Below, in pieces: positions 9,155 through 18,806 of a stretch of DNA of 64,000 nucleotides. The notes below the pieces were generated by a model. That model ran no database searches. It was not told the origin of the DNA and worked only from the letters and a program-made list of their open reading frames with translations. The position numbers and the translations under genes were made by a program. Source of the stretch: Deltaproteobacteria bacterium. GTDB lineage: Bacteria; Myxococcota_A; Polyangia; Fen-1088. The stretch is from contig JANRKS010000007.1 of NCBI GenBank assembly GCA_033763315.1, positions 352,001 to 416,000 on the forward strand, written 5' to 3'. Each line of letters begins with the position of its first letter. The first letter of the stretch is position 1.

Positions 9155-9964
9155 CTAACGACGCCTCCGCGCGCGAACGATGCCAAACGTGAACAAGGCA
9201 ACCAACGCGAGCCAGGTCACGGCTCCTGGGCGACCGGGAGGGTGCGCGTTCATCGAACACAGCAGCGCGCCGCCTTCGACTTTGTATTCGATCAATTCAG
9301 AAGGTGCGTCGGTGGGCGCATCGGGCACGCCGGCGTCCGGCGCCGCCGCAACGTCAGCCGGCCCATCGAGCGGCACATCAGCGTCGGGACTGGCAACGTC
9401 CGTTGTGGCGTCGAAGCCCGCGTCGCTGCTGCCGCCTTGACCGCCCTGACCACCGGCCCCACCTCCTCCACCGCCTTGACCACCGGAGCCGCCTGAGCCC
9501 GCGTCCGGCACCATGCACATCGGCACAACGTTGAAGACGCAGCCCTGCGCCGGCAAACATAGATCCTGCGTGCATAAGTTATTGTCGTTGCACTGCAGGT
9601 TGCCCTGAGGAACGCAGAGGCCCTGCGTGCAGCGTTCACCCGTGGTGCACTTATTGCCATCGTCGCACGCAGCACCCTCGGGCACGATCTGGCCCACGCA
9701 CAAGCCCAGCACGCATCGATCCATAACGGTGCATAAGTTGCCATCGGTGCAGTCGGTGCCGTTCGGGGCCACGTTGCCCCGGCACCACCCGTCCGCGCAA
9801 ATGTCATTGGTGGTGCATGGGTTGCCGTCGTTGCACAGCGCCCCATCCGCGTGGTTGAAGCACGGGTCAGGCGGATCGGCTGCCGCTGACAGCGGAAATG
9901 CCACCGCCGCGAGGCTGGCCACCGCTGTAACTGCCCGAAACACCTTGAACTGGAGTGCACGCAT
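9155..9964 (-). CDS. Secreted Cys-rich repeat protein with MYXO-CTERM-like sorting signal
   Basis: Signal peptide, four CxDGNxCTxxDxC repeats, Gly and DA/P linkers, C-terminus GGALLC...TM...RARRRR. Confidence 0.8.
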   Translation of the reverse strand: MRALQFKVFRAVTAVASLAAVAFPLSAAADPPDPCFNHADGALCNDGNPCTTNDICADGWCRGNVAPNGTDCTDGNLCTVMDRCVLGLCVGQIVPEGAACDDGNKCTTGERCTQGLCVPQGNLQCNDNNLCTQDLCLPAQGCVFNVVPMCMVPDAGSGGSGGQGGGGGGAGGQGGQGGSSDAGFDATTDVASPDADVPLDGPADVAAAPDAGVPDAPTDAPSELIEYKVEGGALLCSMNAHPPGRPGAVTWLALVALFTFGIVRARRRR

Positions 9965-10175
9965 CACGCCCAACCATGTATCGGCGGGCCAGCCCTGATC
10001 TGTAAGCGCCGCCTGCCACCCGGGGCGTCCCCACCGGGGGGTTGCGACCAGGGGCACCCGAAGGGTTTACCGGGGCCGGCTTGGGGTCTTGTATAGGGTC
10101 ACGTAATGTCACGTCACGGTTTCCAACACCGTGGACAGCGGCTTATTTGCGCGAAAAGACTGCGCAATCTGGGAG

Positions 10176-10196
10176 TTGTCCACAGGGTTGTCGACA
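10176..10196 (+). promoter_or_regulatory. Tandem DnaA-box-like sites upstream of nrdJ
   Basis: TTGTCCACA (10176-10184) and TTGTCGACA (10188-10196); a weaker reverse box at 10130-10138. DnaA boxes are known at nrd promoters. Confidence 0.55.
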
Positions 10197-10207
10197 GATC
10201 GATGACA

Positions 10208-10256
10208 CCACTACCTATAGTGTCCCCCTATGTGCGACACACACAATAGGTAGTGT
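10208..10256 (+). promoter_or_regulatory. Tandem NrdR boxes
   Basis: CCACTACCTATAGTGT (10208-10223) and ACACAATAGGTAGTGT (10241-10256) fit the consensus acaCwAtATaTwGtgt; starts 33 bp apart; upstream of a ribonucleotide reductase. Confidence 0.85.
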
Positions 10257-10435
10257 TTTTTGTTGACTGTCGGCGGTTCTCGGGTGAAATAGCGCCTACG
10301 ATTTCGACACGCCTTTGTGACTCGGACGCCGGCATACCGGGTCTGGAACCGGGGGCCGTGTAGGGCATCGTATGTATTGCCTATTGCCACAGCCAACCGC
10401 AGCCAGAACGCACACGGATAAGGGGAGGAGAGCTC

Positions 10436-13276
10436 ATGCTTGATAAACAGGATGTTCCACGCAAAAGCCGAAATGGCCGCAGCACCGGAGCTGCTTTGAC
10501 CGAGGACACCGAAGCCACCCTTTCCCGCAAAGGCCGCCGCGGCGACCGACCGGGTCTGACTTTTGACCGTTACTTCACCAGCGACGGCGACGACGGTTAC
10601 GCCGGCATCGTGTGGGAGCTGCGCACCGCGTCTATCACCGGCGAAGGCGGCAAGTCCATCTTCGAGCAAAAAGACATCGAAGTTCCCAAGTACTGGACGC
10701 AGACCGCCACAAACGTGGTCGCGCAAAAGTATTTCCGCGGCCAACCTGGCACACCCGAGCGTGAGAATTCTGTTCGTCAATTGATCAACCGCGTGTGCGA
10801 CACCATCACCGGCTGGGGCTTGGCTGATGGGTACTTCGCTGACGCGCACACGGCCGAGGTGTTCCGCGCAGAGCTGCGCCACCTGATCGTCTCGCAAAAG
10901 ATGTCGTTCAACAGCCCGGTTTGGTTCAACGTGGGCATCGAGGCCGAACCCCAGTGCTCGGCGTGCTTCATCAACAGCGTGGACGACACCATGGGTGGCA
11001 TCCTCACGCTGGCGAAGACCGAAGGCATGTTGTTCAAGTATGGCTCCGGCACCGGCACCAACCTCTCACCGATTCGTTCCTCGCGAGAATTCTTGAACGG
11101 CGGCGGCACCGCTTCGGGCCCTGTGAGCTTTATGCGTGGCTTTGACGCTTTTGCGGGCGTCATCAAATCGGGCGGCAAAACCCGTCGCGCCGCCAAGATG
11201 GTGATTCTGAACATCGATCACCCCGATGTGGAAGAGTTCATCTGGTGCAAAGCCAAAGAAGAGAAAAAGGCCTGGGCTTTGATCGACGCGGGCTACGACG
11301 GCTCGTTCGACGGTGAGGCTTACAAGTCCGTCTTCTTCCAAAACTCCAACAATTCAGTTCGCGTCACGGACGACTTCATGGAAGCCGTTCAAAAAGACAA
11401 GGACTGGAGCACACGTGCGGTGCAATCGAAGGCGCCGGTTGAGACTTTCAAGGCCCGCAAACTGTGGCGCGACATTGCGCAAGCGGCGTGGGAGTGCGGC
11501 GATCCAGGTTTGCAATTCGACACCACGGTGAACGCGTGGCACACCTCGCCCAACTCGGGCCGCATCAACGCCAGCAACCCGTGCAGCGAGTACATGTACC
11601 TCGACGACTCGGCTTGCAACTTGGCTTCGTTGAACCTGCGCAAATTCATCACGGAGCAAGGTGGCTTCGACGTTGAGGCTTACAAGCGCGCCATTGAACT
11701 GACGATCACGGCCCAGGAGATCTTGGTGGACAACGCCAAGTACCCCACGCCGCTCATCGCCGCCAACTCGCACAAGTTCCGGCCGCTGGGCTTGGGCTAC
11801 GCCAACTTGGGCTCGTTGCTGATGTCGATGGGCTTGCCCTATGACTCAGACGAAGGCCGCGCTTGGTGTGGGGCTTTGACGTCGATCCTCACGGGCTGGG
11901 CGTATCGCACCAGCGCGCGCATCTCCCGTGACGCCACGGGCCCCTTCGAGGGTTACCCAGAGAACGAGCAACCGTTCTTGGGCGTGATGAAGAAACACCG
12001 CTACCACGTGGATAAGATTGATCGGTCGTTTGTGGCCGGCAACGTGTGGGAGGCGGCACGCGAAGCTTGGGACGAAGCGATCGAGATCGGCACCGATCAC
12101 GGCTACCGCAACGGCCAGGCCACCGTGTTGGCGCCCACGGGCACCATCGGCTTCATGATGGATTGCGACACAACGGGCATCGAGCCCGACATCGCGCTCA
12201 TCAAATACAAGCGCTTGGTCGGCGGCGGCATGATCAAGATCGTGAACAACACAATCGACGAAGCGTTGCGCTCTTTGGGTTACGACGAAGGTCTGCGCAA
12301 AGACATCATCGACTACGTGGACCGTGAAGAGACGATCGAGGGCGCTCCAGGCTTGGACCCGGCGCACCTGCCTGTGTTTGACTGCGCCTTCCGCGCTGCC
12401 AATGGCACACGCTCGATTCAATACATGGGCCACATCCGCATGATGTCGGCGGCGCAACCATTCTTGTCAGGCGCCATCTCGAAGACGGTGAACTTGCCAT
12501 CGGATTGCACCGTGGAAGACGTCCAAGAGGCGTATCTGGAATCGTGGAAGGCAGGCCTCAAAGCTGTGGCCATCTACCGCGACGGCTGCAAGCGCACGCA
12601 ACCATTGTCCACCAGCAAAACCGATCCAGGTTTGCAAAAGGGCAAAGCCGCCAAGGCCACCGAGGCTGTGGTGGTGCGCAAGAAGTTGCCAGATGAGCGT
12701 CACTCGCTTACGCACAAGTTCTCGGTTGCAGGCCACGAAGGCTACATCCACGTAGGGCTTTACCAAGACGGCGCGCCCGGGGAAATCTTCGTTCGCATGG
12801 CGAAGGAAGGCTCCACCATCTCGGGCTTGATGGATTCGTTCGCCACCGCGATCTCTTTGGCCTTGCAACACGGCGTCTCGCTGCGCTTGCTGGTTGATAA
12901 GTTCTCGCGCACGCGGTTCGAGCCAGCAGGCTTCACGGGCAACCCTGAAATCCCGCGCGCCACGTCGCTCATGGACTACATCTTCCGCTGGCTGGAAGCC
13001 AAGTTCCTGCGCGAAGATGGCAGCATCGGTGCCCCCGCGCTGCATGACAAGACAGCGGCCCCCAGCCCCGTTGCCCCCAAGCCAGCCACCCCCGCCCCCA
13101 AGGTGGAGGTTGTGGACGCCACGAAGACGCCGCTCGAGAAGTTTGAAGCGCGCCCCATGTTTGGCTTCATCGCCCGCAGCGAGGCACCCACGTGCCCCGA
13201 GTGCGGCGACATCATGGTGCCCAATGGCTCTTGCCATAAGTGCATCACCTGCGGCACCACCAGCGGCTGCAGCTAA
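10436..13276 (+). CDS. nrdJ: Class II adenosylcobalamin-dependent ribonucleotide reductase with TSCPD-like domain and C-terminal Zn ribbon
   Basis: FNSPVWFN, QCSACFI, GGKTRRAAKM, SNPCSEY, ACNLASLNL, APTGTIG, GAISKTVN, CPECG...CITCGTTSGCS; RBS GGAGGAG. Confidence 0.97.
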   Translation: MLDKQDVPRKSRNGRSTGAALTEDTEATLSRKGRRGDRPGLTFDRYFTSDGDDGYAGIVWELRTASITGEGGKSIFEQKDIEVPKYWTQTATNVVAQKYFRGQPGTPERENSVRQLINRVCDTITGWGLADGYFADAHTAEVFRAELRHLIVSQKMSFNSPVWFNVGIEAEPQCSACFINSVDDTMGGILTLAKTEGMLFKYGSGTGTNLSPIRSSREFLNGGGTASGPVSFMRGFDAFAGVIKSGGKTRRAAKMVILNIDHPDVEEFIWCKAKEEKKAWALIDAGYDGSFDGEAYKSVFFQNSNNSVRVTDDFMEAVQKDKDWSTRAVQSKAPVETFKARKLWRDIAQAAWECGDPGLQFDTTVNAWHTSPNSGRINASNPCSEYMYLDDSACNLASLNLRKFITEQGGFDVEAYKRAIELTITAQEILVDNAKYPTPLIAANSHKFRPLGLGYANLGSLLMSMGLPYDSDEGRAWCGALTSILTGWAYRTSARISRDATGPFEGYPENEQPFLGVMKKHRYHVDKIDRSFVAGNVWEAAREAWDEAIEIGTDHGYRNGQATVLAPTGTIGFMMDCDTTGIEPDIALIKYKRLVGGGMIKIVNNTIDEALRSLGYDEGLRKDIIDYVDREETIEGAPGLDPAHLPVFDCAFRAANGTRSIQYMGHIRMMSAAQPFLSGAISKTVNLPSDCTVEDVQEAYLESWKAGLKAVAIYRDGCKRTQPLSTSKTDPGLQKGKAAKATEAVVVRKKLPDERHSLTHKFSVAGHEGYIHVGLYQDGAPGEIFVRMAKEGSTISGLMDSFATAISLALQHGVSLRLLVDKFSRTRFEPAGFTGNPEIPRATSLMDYIFRWLEAKFLREDGSIGAPALHDKTAAPSPVAPKPATPAPKVEVVDATKTPLEKFEARPMFGFIARSEAPTCPECGDIMVPNGSCHKCITCGTTSGCS

Positions 13277-13295
13277 AACAACGATTGTTTGACCG

Positions 13296-13328
13296 AAGCC
13301 CCCACGGTGCAAGCCTTGGGGGCTTTTG
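13296..13328 (+). terminator. Intrinsic terminator after nrdJ
   Basis: Stem AAGCCCCCA...TGGGGGCTT followed by a T-rich run. Confidence 0.85.
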
Positions 13329-13352
13329 TGTTTGTGGTGGTGCTCTGAAAAG

Positions 13353-13365
13353 AATTCAAAAGCAA
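13353..13365 (+). promoter_or_regulatory. Ada box (A box AAT - N6 - B box GCAA)
   Basis: AATTCAAAAGCAA fits AAT-N6-GCAA exactly and lies 46-58 nt upstream of the ada ATG at 13411. Confidence 0.7.
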
Positions 13366-13410
13366 GAGTCAGGAGGCGCGGATCGCAGGCCGGTCGTAAA
13401 ACTCATGTCG

Positions 13411-14454
13411 ATGCTTGCAGATGATCTTCGCTGGAACGCTGTGTGTGCGCGCGACGCCCGTGCCGATGGCACATTCTATTTTTCTGTGGCAACAACGCGC
13501 ATCTATTGTCGGCCCTCGTGTGGCGCGCGTCGCCCGAAGCGCGAGAACGTGGCTTTTCACAACACAACAGAGGACGCCGAACGCGCAGGGTTTCGCGCGT
13601 GCAAACGTTGCCACCCGCAAGGGCCCTCGGGGGAGCAGCAACGTGCAGCACAGGTGAAGGCGATGTGCCGTTTCATCGAGAACGCCGCCACGCCGCCCTC
13701 GCTCGATGAACTTGCGGCGCACGTGCGGCTTAGCCCCACCTATGCACAGCGCATGTTCACAGCGAAGATGGGTGTGTCACCCAAAGTTTATGCCCACGGT
13801 CTGCGCGCCGAGCGTCTCCGGCAGCGATTGCCCCAGGAGACATCGGTGACACGAGCCCTTTATGATGCGGGGTTCGGTTCGTCGTCGGGATTTTACGCAC
13901 AGGCACCCCACACGCTGGGGATGACGCCCACAGCGTTTCGCGCTGGTGGACGGGGTGAGCAGATCGAGTTCGCCGTGGCGCCCTGTTCGCTCGGCTTCGT
14001 GCTTGCGGCCACCACGCCACGTGGTTTGTGTGCCGTGTTCCTGGGCGACGATGTGGCGCCGCTGGAGGCAGACCTGCGACGCCGGTTTCCGCGCGCCAGG
14101 CTTATGCCCGCGCAGACCGGCTTGGCAGCCCTGATCGCCCACGTGGTCGATCTGGTGGAACGCCCCGGCATGGCGGCGGATATACCTCTCGACGCGCACG
14201 GCACGGCGTTTCAACAGCGCGTGTGGAAGGCTTTGACGGCCATCCCCGCCGGCAGCACAGTTAGCTATGGGGCGCTGGCGCAAGCTCTGGGCACACCTTC
14301 GGCCGTGCGCGCTGTGGCGCAAGCGTGTGGTGCGAATCCATTGGCCGTGGTGGTGCCATGCCACCGCGTGGTGGGCGCTGACGGCAAACTCACGGGCTAC
14401 CGGTGGGGCGTGGAACGCAAGCGAGCCTTATTGGCGCGGGAAAAGAAATCGTGA
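13411..14454 (+). CDS. ada: Bifunctional Ada transcriptional activator / O6-methylguanine-DNA methyltransferase
   Basis: IYCRPSC and GFRACKRC Zn domain, AraC-type HTH, GTAFQQRVW, PCHRV active site. Alternative start at 13405. Confidence 0.95.
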   Translation: MLADDLRWNAVCARDARADGTFYFSVATTRIYCRPSCGARRPKRENVAFHNTTEDAERAGFRACKRCHPQGPSGEQQRAAQVKAMCRFIENAATPPSLDELAAHVRLSPTYAQRMFTAKMGVSPKVYAHGLRAERLRQRLPQETSVTRALYDAGFGSSSGFYAQAPHTLGMTPTAFRAGGRGEQIEFAVAPCSLGFVLAATTPRGLCAVFLGDDVAPLEADLRRRFPRARLMPAQTGLAALIAHVVDLVERPGMAADIPLDAHGTAFQQRVWKALTAIPAGSTVSYGALAQALGTPSAVRAVAQACGANPLAVVVPCHRVVGADGKLTGYRWGVERKRALLAREKKS

Positions 14455-14456
14455 CC

Positions 14457-16904
14457 TCAATCGTGGTGGGTGGCACCAGAATCGGCGGGTGCCGCGGCGT
14501 GCGTCGCCTCGTGCCGATCAAGCTCGCCCGTGCGTTTGAGCAGGGCGTAGCCGGCGGCATCCAGCAACAGTTGCCAGTGACCTGACGTGCTCAGCCCGGC
14601 CAGCAACAGGCTGGTGCGAGGGGTGATCGCGAGCAGCACAAAATCAACATCATGCTTGCGCGTGTAAGTCTCGAACGCCGTTTGATCGTCAAAAGCATGA
14701 TCGTAATCTTCGAAGATCTTTGCGCCGAACACTTCGATGCGCGAATCGATGACCGGTCGCACAGCAGGATAGAGGCTGTAACTGATCAAGCCACCAGAAT
14801 CATAGTCGTTGAACACCACGCCGTGAAACTTGTGCTGCCTCATATAGTTCACGTGTGCGTATGGCAGATCACCGGCAAACCCCGTTCCGAAACTGCGGTG
14901 TTGTAAGGCATTAAACGCATACCCATAAGAAGCTGTGCCGGTGATCAATACGCATAGCACCGCCACTTCTGCCCACGGACGACGCAGCCGCGTTGCATCC
15001 AACGTCAACGACTGCAACACCGCATGGCTTGTGCGCACAACCAGGGGAAACACCAACACCACGAGTTCGGCCGTGAAGCGCACGCAGCGCAGGCCGAGCG
15101 CCGTAGCCACCAGCGCCAAAGCCAGGTCGGCCATGCAGGTGTGGCGCGCGCGCAAGGCCAAACCGACCCACAACGCCGCCACAATGATCATGAACGCCCA
15201 GAAGGGATAATCGTGGACGTTCACCAAAGATAGCGTCGGCTGCCACTCCGAAAGGTTGCGCATCATAAAGTCTTGCCCGCTGCCCATTCGCAAAGCGAAC
15301 GCGCCTGCATGCCAACCATAAGGGTTGCAAAGCGACGCCACGGCCGTGCCTGCGGAGATCAACAGCAAGAACAAAGCATCCGCCTTGCGTACCACACGCG
15401 TGTGCGAAGCGGGGTGACGCCACCAGGCATCACACACGGCGCCTAAGGCCACCGCAAAGAGCAGGACCGGGACAAGCCAAGCGCCGCCATGCAAGTTCGC
15501 CCACACAAGTTGAAGCGGAACCAATGCGACCAGGTGCGCGCGACGCGTGGGCCAACGCTCAAGCGCGAAGGCGACATAACAGAGCCCCAAGAGTGACAAC
15601 ACATGTGGACGCAAATCCACGCGGAACGCCACCACATAAAGCGACGCGACGAAGATGACCGTGAACACGACGCTGCGGCGGGCCTGGCGATCCACGGCGC
15701 CAAACATCAAAGCGGCGCAGCCAAGGCCAAGCAACATCTGCAACACACTCAAACCATGGCCTCGCGTGGCCACAAACAAACGATAAAACAGAACTCCGGT
15801 GAGCCATTCGTGAGCGGCGAATGGTTGGCCTTGGGCGGTGGCGCTATAGGGATCGACGGACGGAATGACGTGCGTGGCAAGCACGTCCTTACCCACGCGC
15901 ATCAGCCACCAAATGTCGTTTTCCGTCACGGGCGACAAAGAAGCGATGGCCATCCACACAAACAGAAGACACACCACGATCGCCTCGGGTCGCAGCCGAT
16001 GCACCCGGGGTAGACTTCTTGTTTGCACCCCGCTCCAAGCCGCTCGCATGCGTGAAGGTGCGGCGCACACGACCATCATCGTCACAAGGGCCGTGTCTCG
16101 CAGGAGGCGTAGAACAATCGGAAACACTTCGCCCGTTAACAGTTCGCCACTGAGGCATCGTGTAAGGGCGGCGGTGGCCGCAAACGCGATGAGGGACAGC
16201 CACGCCAACGCAGCCGATCCGGCGCGCCACAGCGCCAACACCGTGACAGACGGCGCCATCCACAACAACACCTGTGGATGCATCGGTCCCCACAACAACG
16301 CCGCGGCCGCACAGGCCACGCACGTCAGGCGCACACCCCACGGCGTCCAGGCGTCATCTGCGTCGACCGGCGTGCCCACGCCTCGCGAAGCGGTCGCCAG
16401 CCCCAGCAAAAGCAGGGCAACGAAGCCATGCAACCCAAGTACGACCGTGGGGGCAATCAAGGTCGTGAGCAGCAGATAGAACGCAACCGCCGCCCATGTG
16501 GGGCGGCCCAGGAAGCGACGCCACGCCAGCAGGAGCAGCAGCACCGCCACATCTACCAGCAGCATTTGCAGGACGAAAAACAGGCGATACCCAGAAGCAT
16601 CGGAGGCCCACAGATACGGGAGGATGACCAACGGCCACACGGGGCTGCTGCTTGCGCCCGCGGACCACTGCGCTGCAAGCTCAGCGTAGTGTTGGACCGC
16701 GGTGGCATCGGGCTGCAGCATCATCACCGACAGCGGCACGCGCCCGTGTGGTGTGATTGCGTAGACAAACACCAACGGCAGGCGGAACAACAGCCACAAT
16801 GTGGCCACCACGCCCCGCAGCCACCACACACACATCCGCGCCTCCGCCTGCGAGCGCGGCCCCGCGTCATCCACCTTGTCCTGGTCCCGTGCCTCGTTGG
16901 CCAT
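14457..16904 (-). CDS. Large polytopic membrane protein, GT-C-like (two fused membrane modules)
   Basis: Many TM helices; the C-terminal half carries DIWW...G......IP..DPYS.T..G.P...HEWL, WANLHGG, NPYG, SEWQP, FNDYD.GG and IDSR. Start set at MANEARD. Confidence 0.7.
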   Translation of the reverse strand: MANEARDQDKVDDAGPRSQAEARMCVWWLRGVVATLWLLFRLPLVFVYAITPHGRVPLSVMMLQPDATAVQHYAELAAQWSAGASSSPVWPLVILPYLWASDASGYRLFFVLQMLLVDVAVLLLLLAWRRFLGRPTWAAVAFYLLLTTLIAPTVVLGLHGFVALLLLGLATASRGVGTPVDADDAWTPWGVRLTCVACAAAALLWGPMHPQVLLWMAPSVTVLALWRAGSAALAWLSLIAFAATAALTRCLSGELLTGEVFPIVLRLLRDTALVTMMVVCAAPSRMRAAWSGVQTRSLPRVHRLRPEAIVVCLLFVWMAIASLSPVTENDIWWLMRVGKDVLATHVIPSVDPYSATAQGQPFAAHEWLTGVLFYRLFVATRGHGLSVLQMLLGLGCAALMFGAVDRQARRSVVFTVIFVASLYVVAFRVDLRPHVLSLLGLCYVAFALERWPTRRAHLVALVPLQLVWANLHGGAWLVPVLLFAVALGAVCDAWWRHPASHTRVVRKADALFLLLISAGTAVASLCNPYGWHAGAFALRMGSGQDFMMRNLSEWQPTLSLVNVHDYPFWAFMIIVAALWVGLALRARHTCMADLALALVATALGLRCVRFTAELVVLVFPLVVRTSHAVLQSLTLDATRLRRPWAEVAVLCVLITGTASYGYAFNALQHRSFGTGFAGDLPYAHVNYMRQHKFHGVVFNDYDSGGLISYSLYPAVRPVIDSRIEVFGAKIFEDYDHAFDDQTAFETYTRKHDVDFVLLAITPRTSLLLAGLSTSGHWQLLLDAAGYALLKRTGELDRHEATHAAAPADSGATHHD

Positions 16905-16976
16905 GACCGGTCCCCCCCAAAAAAGCACAACGGCAGAAGGCAGTAGCGACTTAAGCGGATGGAGCGTGGCGCGTTG

Positions 16977-16992
16977 GGGCGCGGTTTTTGCA
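16977..16992 (+). promoter_or_regulatory. Sigma-54 promoter of the ku-ku operon
   Basis: GGGCGCGGTTTTTGCA: GG-N10-GC with TTGCA; the predicted +1 near 17003 is essentially at the ATG (17005). Confidence 0.65.
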
Positions 16993-17004
16993 CCACGGTT
17001 GAAC

Positions 17005-17787
17005 ATGGCCGCAAGAGCGATGTGGAAGGCAGTGCTGCAATTCGAGGGCAAGTCGCTTCCAGTAAAGTTCTACTCCGCCGTCCAGGCACAAGGCGTTCAC
17101 TTCCGTCTGCTACACGCGAGTGACAACGTTCCTGTTTCGCAGCACATGGTGGACGCAGAAACGGGGGACGACGTGCCTCGTGAGAGCGTGCAGAAAGGCT
17201 ACGCTATGGAGAAAGGCCTGTACGTGGTGCTGAAGCCGCGAGATTTGGCAAAGACGGAGCCCGCCGCCAGTCGAGATGTTGCCATTTCAACATTTCTGCC
17301 AAATCACGCCATTGCCGCGCCTTGGTTCCACCGGCCGTATTACCTCGGACCCGATGGCGCCGAAGACGCCTACTTCGCCTTGGTAACTGCATTAGCGGAG
17401 ACGCAAACGATGGGACTCGCTCACTGGGTGATGCGCAAGCGCAACTATCACGGTGCGGTCATAAGCCACGCAGGCGTGCTGATGGTGATCACTTTGCGCA
17501 CGGCGGACGAGGTCCTGGCAGTGGGTGATTTGAAGATCGACAACGAGAAGGCTTTGGACGCCAAAGAGATCAAATTAGCCGAACAATTGATATCGGCGTT
17601 GCAAGGGCCGTTCGAGCCCGAGACCTACCGAGATGAATACCGCGAGCGCGTGATGAAGCTTGTGCAAAGCAAAGCCGAAGGCAAAGCGACGCCCCCTGTA
17701 CGCGCCAAGCCAAAGCACTCACCCACGTCTTTGGAAGCGGCCCTGCGATCGAGCGTGAAAGCCGCGAAGGAGAACAAAGTTGCCTAG
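17005..17787 (+). CDS. ku: NHEJ DNA end-binding protein Ku (copy 1, short C-tail)
   Basis: MAARAMWK, PVKFYSA, VQKGY, FHRPYYLGP, AY..L..AL, F.PE.YRDEY...V..L, SLEAALRSSV. Confidence 0.92.
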   Translation: MAARAMWKAVLQFEGKSLPVKFYSAVQAQGVHFRLLHASDNVPVSQHMVDAETGDDVPRESVQKGYAMEKGLYVVLKPRDLAKTEPAASRDVAISTFLPNHAIAAPWFHRPYYLGPDGAEDAYFALVTALAETQTMGLAHWVMRKRNYHGAVISHAGVLMVITLRTADEVLAVGDLKIDNEKALDAKEIKLAEQLISALQGPFEPETYRDEYRERVMKLVQSKAEGKATPPVRAKPKHSPTSLEAALRSSVKAAKENKVA

Positions 17788-18802
17788 ATCTCACAGCAAA
17801 GAAACAACCCGCGAAGCCAACACCGATCGATCGACGGCGACGCGCTCCTTTTGGTCAGGGACTATCAGCTTCGGGCTGGTGAGCGTGCCCGTGGATTTGT
17901 TGGCGGCCAATCGTAGTTTGGTGCGCGGGCTGCGAATGCTTGGCCCCGAGGGGCAGCCATTGAAGCGCAAGTATATGTGCGCTCAAGAAGACGACGATAT
18001 CAGCACAGAGGATCTTGTGCGCGGTTACGAAGTGGAGCCTGGGCAATTTGTGGTCGTGACCGACGAAGAGTTGGAAGCGCTTGAACCTGACAAGAGCCGC
18101 GACATCGACTTGAACCGATTTGTGCCCAAGGATGAAATCTCCGCGGCGTTCTTTGAACGCGGCTATTTCTTGGTGCCCGCAGGCACCAGCAACAAGGCGT
18201 ACCGCCTGCTGGCGCACACCATGGAGAAGGCCGGCAAAGTCGGTATCGGCACATTCGTTATGCGCGGCAAGGCGTACCTTATGGCCATCTTTGCCGAAGG
18301 CGGCGTGCTGCACGGGCAGACGTTGCGTTTTTATGATGAACTCCGCAAACCCGAAGACATTGGTGTCACCCCTAAACATAAAGCTGATCCAAAGCTGGTG
18401 GCACAAATGACGAAGATCATCGAGAAGGCTGCAAGCGACGCTTTCACACCGGAGGAGATCCGGGACGAAGACGAGGCCACGGTGCGCTCCATCGCCGAAG
18501 AGAAGTACAAGCGCCAGGAGGACGTAATTGAGGTGGCGGGCGAAGAGGCTGATGCGGACGCCGATGAGACTAACGATTCTGAGGCGCTGCTTGACGCTCA
18601 GGAAGGCAAGCTTATCGATTTGATGGAAGTCTTACGCAAGCGTCTCGCCGAGAGCGAAAAGTCCAAGCGGAAAGAGCACAGGACGAAAGCGGCAAAGCGT
18701 CCGCAAAAGGCCAAGTCCACCAAGGCCAAGCAACCTAGAAATAAATCCGCGAAGGCACCTGCAAAGAAGACAACCACGAAGGTGCGGTCAAAGCGCGCCT
18801 AG
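17780..18802 (+). CDS. ku: NHEJ Ku (copy 2, acidic linker and long basic tail)
   Basis: RSFWSGTISFGLVSVPV, LVRGYEV, FFERGYFLVP, KAYRLL, IDLMEVLRKRL, K/A-rich tail; AAGGAG RBS before a TTG start overlapping copy 1. Confidence 0.93.
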   Translation: MPRSHSKETTREANTDRSTATRSFWSGTISFGLVSVPVDLLAANRSLVRGLRMLGPEGQPLKRKYMCAQEDDDISTEDLVRGYEVEPGQFVVVTDEELEALEPDKSRDIDLNRFVPKDEISAAFFERGYFLVPAGTSNKAYRLLAHTMEKAGKVGIGTFVMRGKAYLMAIFAEGGVLHGQTLRFYDELRKPEDIGVTPKHKADPKLVAQMTKIIEKAASDAFTPEEIRDEDEATVRSIAEEKYKRQEDVIEVAGEEADADADETNDSEALLDAQEGKLIDLMEVLRKRLAESEKSKRKEHRTKAAKRPQKAKSTKAKQPRNKSAKAPAKKTTTKVRSKRA

Positions 18803-18806
18803 CGCA

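Noticed and set aside
9155-9964. TraA kin-recognition receptor
   Set aside because: No N-terminal variable domain and no adjacent traB (OmpA-barrel) gene.
9965-10090. c-di-GMP-I riboswitch or other structured RNA on the minus strand
   Set aside because: GGTAAACC and GGGACGC occur and there is a cUUCGg loop, but the GAAA tetraloop and GCAAAG core are absent and the stems are short for such GC-rich DNA.
10260-10435. Cobalamin riboswitch in the long nrdJ leader
   Set aside because: Only fragments (GCCACAG, AGCCAGAA) resemble the motif; the conserved GGGAA and CCCGC.ACTGT elements are missing. An Infernal/Rfam scan would settle it.
10436-13276. Intein or intron in nrdJ
   Set aside because: Catalytic motifs are contiguous, length is normal for NrdJ with a TSCPD-like tail, and no splicing or homing-endonuclease motifs are visible.
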